Source of the DNA: Nageia nagi
Lineage: Eukaryota; Plantae; Pinophyta
Direction of reading: 5' to 3'
NCBI GenBank assembly: GCA_050084985.1
Contig: JBITNC010000001.1
Location: 108,252,001 to 108,316,000, forward strand
DNA length: 64,000 nucleotides
The notes beneath the pieces were generated by a model. The model saw only the letters and a list, made by a program, of their open reading frames with translations. It was not told the DNA's origin and did not search any database. A program made the position numbers and the translations under genes. Positions 25,901-37,300 of this stretch are shown here, in pieces (positions within the stretch are counted from its first letter, which is position 1; every line of letters begins with the position of its first letter).

Positions 25901-28130
25901 TGTACCCTATTCTCAAATCTAATTCATAATATGACTTGGGATTGACTTCTTTAATTTACTCATACTAGTCTAAATTCGCTTTGCATCTCAGGTGTGTCAC
26001 TTCGTATTCTGAATGAATCATTAAGAAAAAAAAAATTTCAAATCCAACACAACTTCCTCAATCTTCACAACTTCAAAGAAGATGAGCTATTTTCTTTCCA
26101 TATGAATTCACATCAAGATAATATTATGATGGAATGATTTTATCAAATTCTAATGAAAATTTCTGATTACAAAAGTGAAATTTATACCTTAACCTTTCAA
26201 GCTTCTAAACTACGAGTCCAATTTCTTTTTCCATAAGATCAAGTTATCTTGACTTCAAAGTAGGCATATATTTTGAATTCTCAAATTCCCCATAGGCTTT
26301 ATTAGTTCTTAGAAAAAGAACTGATCTAATACCAAACTTGATCTGTAAAACTAAATTTAAGAGTTTACTTTGAATCTCACACTTTATTTCTTTTAGTGCT
26401 TGCAAAATTTTAAAATGCATACCAAAAAAATCACACAAAATTATGTACAAAAATATTTACCTTGGTTCGACTGATGTGGTCTATATCCAAAAAATAAGAA
26501 TTCATTATCGTAGGTACCTTCATTTTACAATATCATTTGTATGACCATTTTGCTTCACCCTCTTGTGTATATTGAAGCTGATTCATATGATCATTGTAGG
26601 TTGCTACTAAATCCCTTCTTACATCATGGCAATTATGTCATCCACTTCTTCTTTACTCCATGGCAATGATCTTGTCCATATTTTTTCTTCTTCCATGGCT
26701 ATGATCTTGTCCATGGTTTTGTTTTACATGCTATGTAGATTTTAGAATGTAAATCCATCCTTACTCTCATGGAAATAGTTTATTCTATGGATTTTACAAT
26801 GCTATGGAGTTTTTTATACTCTCTATACTCTCTGACACTTAGAAGAAAACCCATGAAATAGGAATTAACCTTTGCACTCCATAAGTCCTATTTTATAATG
26901 TATTAATGGATTAATAATAGAGTTTAAGTGGTTATAATGGAATAATCCCAAATTACAATATTTCCCACTTTACAAAGATGCTCACTCATCCTCTCAATAA
27001 TAATCTCCTTCATTTTGACACTCCTGTAACAATTTGCCTCCTTGCTTTTAGGGCTCTCCATTTCTTTTGGTCAATAGTTTTTTTCAATAGTAAATTTCAT
27101 TTATTATTGAAATATTCTTCAAAAATTTTTTTAAAACAATTCAATAACAAACCCAACCAATAAATATTAACCACCATACAATAATATCCCATCACTATAG
27201 TGGGTGACTACAAGAAAAGAAATACCACTTGGCACTTACCAAATAAGGGGGTCAAATCCCCATTTGATCGATGGTATTTCCTCTATATACCAATGATTCC
27301 CAAATATATTATAATGGTATAGTGTATATGTATTGCCACTTTTCATAGGTCAAGGATAAGCTTGAATCTTTTACCATCACCATAATGTTTCACCTAATGT
27401 ACATTGTAAAGGCATCTCTCATAAACTCCAAACCTTGTTACTAGGCATCGATCAACTATATATGTTGACAAATCTATCACCATCAATTATTTTCCACATG
27501 GACGAAGCTCTACCACCTTGGATGTCAGGTCCCACCATGGAATTAAAATGGGGTTAGATTTAAATATTTCCCTTTTGATTTAAAAATAATAATATTTAAT
27601 TATTATTTTTTTTTGAAACTTTGAGGAGGGATATTTTTTGAACCATAGCTCCATTTCTTTCATCATTCGAATCATCAGGATCCTAGAGAAAAGGGCTTCA
27701 ATATAGGGCATTTAAATAGAGAAAAATAGGAACTTCATTTTTCCACCTTTTTTTAATGCATCCAAGAATCCATTTTGGATCAATATTCTAGGCCTTATTC
27801 TTATAAAGTTACTGAAAATGCATATTTGTAATTCTTGCAAAGTATCATTTAGATTCTCATCATCTATGTTGATCTCTAGGGTTGATTCCATAATTTGCAA
27901 GGGGCCCCATTTCTTTTGCCCAAGGTTTGATTCCCCAATCCTACCTATTTGAAGCTTTTATTTTTCCTTCTTTCCTTTCATTAGGTAACCTGGTTGTAAG
28001 ATTTAACCACCACCTTGCTTTCCCCATTCTCTACACTTGGTCTTGCCCTACAAATCCATCACCATTTCTTCCCATGGGACCTTGTGCTGTACCACTCCCA
28101 CCTCTTCCTATTTCAAATTCCTAAGTACCT
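22961..28130 (-). pseudogene. LINE-A ORF1 (DUF4283 + zinc knuckle), split at 24210-27782
   Basis: DRPWFLG and VPI*VRLYSLP.H.W at ~23945-24085; PFKC..C zinc knuckle at ~23720-23760. Removing the insert rejoins the frame as FIRIRPRI-PTLKKW. Confidence 0.8.
24210..27782 (-). mobile_element. Non-autonomous LTR retrotransposon: LTRs 24210-25689 and 26339-27782, internal region only ~650 bp
   Basis: Long direct repeats with TGATC...GATCA ends; minus-strand PBS TGGTATTAGATC (26323-26334, tRNA-iMet-like); PPT-like AAAATGGGATAAG next to 25689; degenerate TSD GGATT/ATATT; host ORF1 frame is restored on removal. Confidence 0.88.
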
Positions 28131-28378
28131 TTAGATATGGAATTCTAATTCTCATCATTACATACTCAAAGAGGGAAAAATTGTAGACACCTAAAACTGA
28201 TTTTTTATTTATTTTAAAATTGTATTTATGGTATCTAAATGAAATAATATTTACATTATACAAATATATAGAATATTAAAGATTAATATTCTATAATGTT
28301 AATCATGTGTTATTCAAGGCTAATCTATCTTAATCATGATTATATATATGATTGTATTGATATTATTAATACTTTCTT

Positions 28379-31300
28379 GTCATTATGGAATGTTGGATAT
28401 TATTCTTCTTTCTTATCTTACAAGGTATACAAGGAGAAGCAAGGCTTAACATTACCTATCCAAAGAGATAAGATCCCAACCCAATCTAGATAGGTAAATT
28501 TTGAGATCATATCACCAATATTAGTATTTCTTGTGATGTCTCTTGACACTTCCCTTATGATAGTTCCAAATTTGGTAAAAAAGGATATGGCATATGGTAT
28601 TAGAGCATGATTCGACTCTTTTAGGCCTAGGGAAATGGAAACATTACTTCTTTATTATTATATTGAAAGAAAACTACAACAAGAGTTAACATTATGGTGC
28701 ATTTAATTAAAGTATAAATGCTTTTAGAATAATATAATCATTTACAAATGAACTTAAAGGAAAATTAAGTTAATCACTTTGGTGCATATGAACAAGATGG
28801 TGAGACCTCATTCATAAGGGATTTCTAGATGAATCAATAGGCATTGGAATAAGAGGATTCATTACTCTTTTTGAATGTTAGGTTTGGAGAAAATTTGAAA
28901 CCTTTGTAGAATTATTTAAGGATTTTTAAATTTAAGAATCATGAGAAAATATAGAAGGATGGAATAATGACTCTATGAGTTAAGAAGAAAATAACTCTCC
29001 ATAGAAAAGGGTTTTTAGAGAGTAGAGTATCTAAAATTTATAATACAAATTCAAGTATTGACTAAATATGTGGTTACTTATATGAGATAATATCTTAATA
29101 TATAATAAACAATAAAGGTGTATTTATAAGCAATTATGTCCTTACCTATTTAAATAAAGGTATTAAGGAAAAAAGTAGAATTTTAGAAATTCGTATTTTG
29201 GAATAACATTAAAAGACTAAAGATGCAAAAGGATTAAGGTTGAGTTGTCATTTTTTTAAGACTTAATTTATATAAAAAGAAAAAAAAAAGAAAACGGGTT
29301 AATAGTTTCTCAATAAATCAAAAGATCATATGGTGATAAATCAAGATGTGATAAAAGAGAAAAAACTGAAGGAAAAATTTAGATTGATGTAACAAAAGGG
29401 TCATAAAAAATTCCAAATAGAAAAGAGTTACGATATAATCAAAGGAAACATGGAGTTATTAACGAAATATAGGTAATGAAGTATTTATCATATTAAGGTT
29501 AAGTACGGATAAGTATAGGGAAATTAATAGTAAGGTATTTGTAGTATTCAATTTAAAGCTTTACAAATTAGAATATATATTAATATATATCTAAATAATG
29601 AAGGAAAAGTATCCAAAAGAATGTAAGAGTATTGGGAGTACTCTCATTAATGAACCTTGAAAGAGTGTGTCATCAATGAATTGATAGAATCACTCCTAAG
29701 TGTGCTTCAAGCAAGTAATAAATGAAGAAATGGCATGGGGAAATTCCATTAAGATAAGAATGATCTTTTGAAAATAAGAGAAGCATGATTAATATTAATC
29801 ATTCAAAGTTTGAGCATAATGATATGTTCATCCTTTAGAAAATATGTTTAATGACTTGGAATAATTATGCTAAGAGAGAGTGCATAACCAGTAAGTAGAG
29901 GTAAGTAATTAAAGGATAAAAAACCTTGATTATTTAGAAAGTGAACTTATGCAATCACTCATAAGATCTAAATTATTTTTACGAAGTAATAAATGGATGA
30001 GTCTTGGAATAAAACTTCTTGACCTTGGGTGAACAATGAACTTATTTGAGAAGAAAAATATTCTTTTAGAATTGATTAAGCTAGGCCTTAAAGCATTTAC
30101 ATATCAAAAGGATTTTGAGTCTTGGTTGAGAGGTCAATTAGGATCATCTCTCGATTTAATTCTTAAATAGGAGAGTTGGAATAGAGGATGAATAAGAAAA
30201 ATGAAATAACTCTTAATATAAGTGATTGATGGGATTGGTAAGGAGAAATAATCCCTCTATAAATAATTCAATATATGATAGGTAAGATGAAACTTATCAT
30301 TTTAATATTAGATGAGGATAACCTTATAAAGGATAGTTGAGTAATGAAGTACTTGGTGACATGAGCTATTATTGGACCAATATAAAATCAACTTGATGAA
30401 TGAGGGAAATGAGCCCCAAGAGGTATGCTCATCAGATAAAAGAATCTCAAGAGATGCTCTCAAGGTTAAATAATAAAATATATCATTAATAAATTGATAA
30501 ATATACTCTCATATGTGTGAATGGACAAGCATGAAATTAAATAAATGGTCATGTCACAGTCTCAATATAGGAGCATATGAAGAGAAACTTATCATATCCT
30601 TAAAATTTCATTCAAATTATGAACCCTTTTTGTTCCTTTTGAACTATCATATTAGGTGGATATCAAACCTTGTACAACCCTCTCTTGAGCCAATTCAACT
30701 TTTGATGAGGAATGTTGGGATTAGAAGAGGTTGAATTGAAAAATAATAAAGTTATATATAGAAACTTGCACCTTGACTTGTACTCATCAACGAGGATGGT
30801 GAGGTCTTATTTAAGAACAAAAAATTTAAACCTTAATTATTTGGTTAAATTCTAAATATATATTTTTAAAAAAATATGAGAAGCACTAGAAAAATGATGT
30901 TATCCTTATGAATTGTAAGAGATTAATAAGAGATATTTCATGTGATACTTAAATAATTTATACACCTGACATGTAGGAAACCTACGAGTTTCTTAATTCT
31001 CATAAAATTTTGATATACAAGTAGTATATTATGATTTCCCATAAAATTTGGATCTAATATGTGATAGATTAAATGAAAGACATTAAGGGAGAACACTAGA
31101 GTGTTGATGCTTCCTTCCTAATATGCTAATCACAATGATAAAGATGAAAGATTTTCGTCATAAGTATTTTGAAAATATGGATTTAATATAAATACAAAGA
31201 CCTTTCTAAAATAAAAATTGAACTTCTTAACTTATATTTGTGGGATTTGTGCAAAGTTTATGAGTAGATACTTTAAGACTTTCAAGTTGAGTTTAAAGTA

Positions 31301-31800
31301 TGTACATAAACTTAAAGGATGATGTCTTGAATGTTGGTTGAAATGATATATTAAGCAAGTGAATTTAGAATGTGAATATAGTGCACGTTGTATAAGCTTT
31401 GATGCAATACTCTTTTGGAGCTTGTTGATTTATGAGAATTGAAATCAATACCCTTGGATCTCACATATTGAGAGGACACCAAGTCTTAGCTAAGAGGTTG
31501 AGTAAGACCATCTCTTGCTCAACTTTTGGTAAGAAGAGTTGGGGCTTAAAAAGAATATGAGAAAGTATCATGAAAATTTTCTACTTTAACTTTACTCATC
31601 AAAGAGGATGGTGAAGTTTTATTTTATTGAGAGATGTATAGATTGAGCATACTTTTTCTCAAATAAGCTTGGGGAAGGTTTCAATGAGGAAACCAATGAA
31701 AGTACATGTAAATCCTTCTAAGAAAAAATCATTTAATTGAAATACATCCTTGAGAATGGATGACCTATAATTATTTAATGGGTGACAATAATGCTTATAT
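28379..31800 (+). mobile_element. Very decayed Ty3/gypsy-like element (short 5' LTR ~28379-28592, PBS, gag-pol remnants)
   Basis: PBS TGGTATTAGAGC at ~28595 after ...ATGGCA; purine-rich coding-like strand; IGAYEEKL..LKFHS (integrase GPY/F-region-like) in ORF 30513-30734; possible chromodomain remnant at ~31650-31790. Confidence 0.45.
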
Positions 31801-32350
31801 GATATTTATTGATGCATTGCTTATGATGTTGCCATAAACACACATGACTATATTAATAAAATAAAATAAGTGTATGAATGATTATTTTATTAATAAATAT
31901 TATGGTAAAAGATTTAATGCTTAGAAGAGTTGTCATATTTGCATGATATGATATTTAAATTCTACTCTACTATTTAAAGCAATAAAATAAGGTGGGTGTA
32001 TTTTATTGACTATTTTTAATCTTAAAAAAAAAGAATTGATGTTTTGATGAGATGCTATGTAGCAGGTTGAGATAGGTTTATGGAGGAGAAAGCCATTCTA
32101 CTAGCAATTTACATCTCTCTCTAAACCTTCCCTTATAAACTTATTTTATGTTCCTTATCTTTTACAAAGAAGTTGATACTTTTGATAATTATATAAATTA
32201 TTTTGCAGGTAACTAAGGAAAATGTTATGTTGGGTAAGAACACCACCAATTTGCAAATAAAGCATAATATTAAATATTATTTAAACCTAAGAGGAAGTAA
32301 AAATGTTGTATGATTGTAAATATAATACAAATTACATATAATCTCCTTAC

Positions 32351-33960
32351 CTTATGGGAGGAATATGAGAAGGTGAGCCAAACAAAGAGATATAGTGTCT
32401 ATTTCATCTTCCTTTCAATTTTCAAGAAAGTTAGGTTTTAAATGATAGAGAATGTATATCTGAAATGGCTCCAACTATTGAGAAGAAATATAATGCAAGA
32501 ATATCTTACAAGAGGTCTTGCATGGTGTTGTGTTGTTTAGCATAAGAGATCTTTGTGTTTTCAACTTGTACTCACATTATCGGATCAATGGGTCAATGGG
32601 AGATCAAATGCAAATTATAACTTCGTTCTCATTGGAAATAGTTTGAATGCATCTATATATTATACTACTTGAGTAGAGAATTTAATTTGCAATTCTGGAT
32701 TATAAAGTTGCGCACAAGCATTAGAAGAATTAATGAGCTATTATTCCAAATTGCCATGAACATATATGGTGTAGTTCGATTATTTGAAAACCTTCAGAGT
32801 TTATACTAAAATTTTGCATGTGAGCTTTGTAAGAGTGTAAGCTGTAGTGTGTGGATGGTCTATAGGGCTTAGAAGTTTGATGAAGAAAGACTGCATCGTT
32901 TGACATTTCTACACTAGAGTGCAATTATCCTGTACCATATTACTATAGTGTTTTACTTATTAAATGTATTTGTAAGTCATGAATTCATTTCCTTACGTGA
33001 GAAGTGAAGAAGATAGTGTGCTTTGATTTGTATTTAACCACCATTTTAATGTGTCATTTTATCTGTATCATTATGGATGTCTCAAAGTGAGAATAATTAT
33101 ACTTATAAGTTGAATAAATTTCTGTTAGAAGCCTGTGACACTTTGTTTTTTAGAAATCATCCATATTTAAAACAAAGTCTGTCATTAACAGATATAATGG
33201 AGCGTTAAGACTTCGTAGTTGACATGGTGTGAGTGTATATATAAATGGCCTTGACATAGTGTATATAATTCTTTTGTGTGTGATACATGTATGGCTGGAA
33301 CGTCACTATGTCTCCTCTTTGTAAACATTGTGGTCCTTGAGAGATCCATATGCTTATGATGGGCAAGTGCCAATGAAGCATTGATTATTAAATGGGAAAT
33401 TCTACACTGAAATTGTTCCATGATACTATCACAACTTCTTATAGAGATATGTATCTATTTTACATATATGGATGTTGTAATTGAATGCAGGTATGATATG
33501 TTATGGAGATTAATTTATTATGGTTCTCTTGTGAAATTGATTTTGCTATTAATGGATCTATAGCGTTGTACTGGACTGATTATGAAGTAACGATCAATGG
33601 GTCGGATGTTTCATTTCCCTTTAGGGTGACGTTATTATGTAGGTTACCGAATGATTTAATTCTGTTGGATTAGTGTAGTTGAGTGCGGTTGTTAGAATGA
33701 GCTTATAGTATTTAAGAATTCATAAGAATAAATTGAAGCCTTATCCTCGTATCAATTTTTAGTTTTTATGTAACTTAGTTTTTTTCTATAGAGTGAGACA
33801 TCGACAAAGTTTATGCTCTTATCATGATTCCCAAGAACTCTAATATGACCTTCCTTCTCTGAAGATGAAGTGATGCCTTCAAAACAGTGGCATTCACTTT
33901 ATCTACTTGAAGCTTACGAATTTATGTCTGGACAAACTATTGCTTCTATTTTATGTAGTT
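32351..33960 (+). ncRNA. Candidate non-coding PHAS-like locus (miR482/2118-family-like site followed by unique non-coding sequence)
   Basis: CTTATGGGAGGAATATGAGAAG at 32351-32372; downstream sequence is non-repetitive within the window, has no credible ORF and retains CpG. No expression data, so this is a hypothesis. Confidence 0.3.
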
Positions 33961-33986
33961 TTTATAGGCAATAGATATTGTCTATA

Positions 33987-33990
<4 letters not shown>

Positions 33991-34022
<32 letters not shown>
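33991..34022. repeat. (TA)16 microsatellite
   Basis: Direct reading. Confidence 0.95.
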
Positions 34023-34025
<3 letters not shown>

Positions 34026-34221
34026 ATTAAGGCTATGATTCTATTGTTTAAATATTATGAAAATTAATTGCAACATTACTTGCAAAGTAATAGTTGGAAT
34101 TAATGAATTCAAAGATAGTTTTTATGAATAGTTAAGCAGTTGAATTTTATTATGGTGATAGTAGGTATGAAATTGTGTTAATCAATCATATAATATTTCA
34201 TATAATCAAAATTGATATTAA

Positions 34222-34341
34222 AAGAATGTATTTATAAAAAGGTTATATATATTTTTATATAATTTGATGGAATGTATTTATGAAAAAGTTATATATTTTT
34301 ATATAATTTATTGAAATGTATTTATGAAAAGATATATTTAT
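34222..34341. repeat. AT-rich minisatellite (~45-50 bp unit AATGTATTTATGAAAAAG...), continued at ~39940-40060 beyond LINE-C
   Basis: Three units left of LINE-C and related units right of it. Confidence 0.7.
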
Positions 34342-37300
34342 GATAATAAAATTAGAATCATGATATCAAGTATAAGATTAAAAAGTATATTTGCTTTGCA
34401 AGTTTCTAGGTAAAAAGAAGAAGTCAAAGTTATTGCTTCCACTGTCATACGACTTCCCCTTCGAGGTGTGTGTGGGAAACCTAGCTTAATGTGCCTTTAG
34501 GTCTTTATTAATGGTGCTAATACCTCCACGGCTTCATTTGAAGCTAGCATACGAAACAATGGTACCCAAAGAACCATGTAAGTTTGTATCGAAGGTATTC
34601 CACAAGGTAATTCTACCTCTAGTATTGTTATTCTTTTGCTTGAGTTCAATAGTACTTTTGCTTGTCTAGAGAGCCATACTCTGATAGGTTATTTTCGTAT
34701 GCATATACCCTCCAAGTCTAACCTAAAAACTTGGATAGACTATTATCGAAGTCCCCATGGTATTCAAGTTAACCATGTTCAAAACTTGCCTAAAGTTTTT
34801 TTTTCATTTTCAATTTGCCCAACCTGAACATGCTCAAAAGGTTCCGAGTAAGGGCTCTAGCTATGTTACTAATACCCTTTTAGTTTTTCAACCTTGGAGC
34901 TAGAATTTCTCGGCTGCTAACTCTATGAATTTGGTTATACTTGTCTGGGTGGAATTCTCAAACCTCCCTTTGAGCCTACAATCTTATATAAAAAACTTGA
35001 TCAATCTTCTAAGGGAGTTTGTTTGTGATGAACCAACCTGCTTTGTGTCCTATCACCCAATGTGATGCATGTGAGTTCGAGTGGACCTTACCAAGTCGTT
35101 AAAGGAGTTCATTATTATTTAGATTGGAGTTACTCAAATTTCTCAACGAGTGGTGTATATTAGTCTTCCAAATTCTTGTTTCAAATTCTAGTATTAGTCT
35201 CACAATATTAAAGATTGCCCTCTAATGGTAGATAGGTTTAAAGCTAAGATGATTATTATGGCCTCTTTGGCACCAACCCGTAGAAACCATACAATCAACT
35301 GACTTATTGGACAAGGGGAATGACAAGAGGTTCATCATAAAAAAGCAAAGGAAAGAATGTAAGTAATGGCTCAATACCTATTAGCTATGCTCATACAGTA
35401 GCTATCAAACCTCCCCCTCAGGTCCCCATTTTAAATTCAATTTTTATGGAGGTTCCTACGAAGTGATTTATTGCAAACATTGATACAAATAATTCCCTTC
35501 CACTTGTTGTGTCACTCGCTCAAGATATGGACACAAGGGAATGAGGTATTGCACGTGGAAGAGGGAGAGATGGTCAAAGATCCCATAGCCCTCCTTCGTG
35601 TAACCCATATGTTCATTCAAATAAGAGATATCATGTCAATTTATCTCATACCAAATCAAAGCCTATGATGACTAATTCTTTCATGCTTTTGACAGATAAG
35701 GTTGGGGTTGATAATACCAACAAAGTTATGCAACTCGACTCGTTTGAATGATTTTTTTATCCTAGAATGTAAGAAGGTTGACGAACCTAGTCAAATGTTA
35801 TGCAATCTGAAAAGAATTACAATTGTGTTCACATCTTTATGGACATCCTAATTTTGTTTATTTACAAGAAGTAAAATCCTTGAATTTCACTCTGCAATCT
35901 ACATGCTCTACAATTTGGCTAGCTTTCTAGATGTACTACACCAACCACCTGCATGGTATTGGGTAAGCTATTATTTTGGTTGATATGAAGTGGAAAGTTA
36001 ACTTTGTTACATGGGGAACTGACCCATCCTAACATGCAATATGGGTTTTTCTCCAAGTAGGTGGGATGTCTTTTGGAATCATTAATGTTCATGCTTCCAT
36101 TGATGCATAAGATAAATGTGCTCTTTGGAAATGTTGTGCTTTATCTTTACCTCCTTCTATGTGGTTTATGTATGGGGATTTCAATATGGTTGAGAAACCA
36201 ATAGATAAGCTGAGTTAGAAACCAATAAGTGGGCCTTTGGATAACGAGATGCCTAGTATTTCATGAAAAATAAATTAGGTCTTTTCAACCCTAACTCATA
36301 TTTTTCAATAAGAGATTTTCCTAAACATCTTTGGTACACATGGTCTAATTTTCAAGTGGGCCAAGAAAGAGTTCTTAAACATCTAGATCGGTCCATGTTA
36401 TTGGACCAATGAGAGTTTTTCTTCTCCAAAAGGCTTCCAATAGTGCATTTAGTGGAAATTATTCTTGGAATGAATACTTCATACCATCTTCCTATTATGT
36501 TTATAATTTCTTCTTTTGCTCTCCCTCAACCATAGTTTAAATCCTAGTTTTTCTTGAATACTTTATTCCTTCAGAACAAAGCCTTTGTTTTTCATATCCA
36601 CTATGTTTAGAGTTTTATCCCTTGACCCAGAGGAAAATATGGGTGTATTGAATGGTGGAATGATTCCATATTCTACACTATTGCTCTTTTATACAATATG
36701 GTAAAGAAATTTTCTCAGCTCTGACATCACTCTAATTTATCTCTTCATGAGGAGCTAGCTAGAGCTTCTTTGCAGTTGGAGTCTAATCCCTTTGACGAAA
36801 GTATTCAATCCCATATGGTCTAGATTTGAGCCCTAAGGCAAGCATAGCTCAAATCTCGACTGCACTAGATTAAGATTGGGGATAGGGTCTCTAAAGAATT
36901 TTTTCAACACCTTAGGCCACTTAGACATTCTACTCAGTTTCAAGTCATTTAAAAGAATGGTGTTTTACTTACTTCTTTACCTTATATTACTAATGCTTTC
37001 ACTCAACATTACACTTAGATTTTTATGCTCAAAAGTCTACACCAGTAAGAGAATATGCCCTTAGGATTTATAAAGAGGTGGTTCCAACTCAATTCTTAGA
37101 GGAACATCAAAGGGATTGAGATCCTGTCTTATCACTAGAAGATTTAGAAAGTGTTATGGCCCACATGGAAGATGCTAAATCTCCTAGCCTGGAAGCTTGG
37201 CTGCAGAAGCCTTTGGCTATCTCTTAGCCAATAAGACTTCTAATGGATTAATTTGAGGAATCACTCTATCCAACAATGTTGGACAACTTGTAAATGGGAA

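Larger units (their letters stand above)
16693..28134 (-). mobile_element. LINE-A: near full-length decayed L1-clade LINE (ORF1, ORF2 with RNase H, extra ORF3), interrupted by an LTR element
   Basis: 3' end ATC-A7 at 16693-16702; TSD ATATGCAATTCT (16682-16693) vs ATATGGAATTCT (28135-28146); domain order as listed in the sub-features. Confidence 0.9.
13440..28378 (+). mobile_element. Host element: 3' region, PPT and start of the 3' LTR of a copia-like element related to 3600-4330, interrupted by the TRIM and LINE-A
   Basis: 16530-16692 joined to 28146-28378 aligns by eye with 3950-4320 (hairpin, ttctttg.at.tgcaatt, cata.tcaaa + PPT, TGTAGACACCTAAAA at 28182). Repeated CCATGGAGGT motifs lie on both sides of the TRIM. 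Confidence 0.6.

Noticed and set aside
32064-32150. miRNA-like hairpin (AGGTTTA / TAAACCT)
   Set aside because: Only ~7 contiguous pairs plus weak GA/TC pairing, too short for a precursor.
30016-32540. tasiARF-like words (TTCTTGACCTTG ~30017; AGGTCTTGCATGGT ~32513) suggesting TAS3
   Set aside because: Partial matches only, with no miR390 sites.
32870-33600. C/D-box snoRNA cluster (TGATGA/ATGATG ... CTGA motifs at ~32878, 33356-33410, 33493-33580)
   Set aside because: No terminal stems and no guide sequence I can match to rRNA; such short boxes occur by chance in AT-rich DNA.
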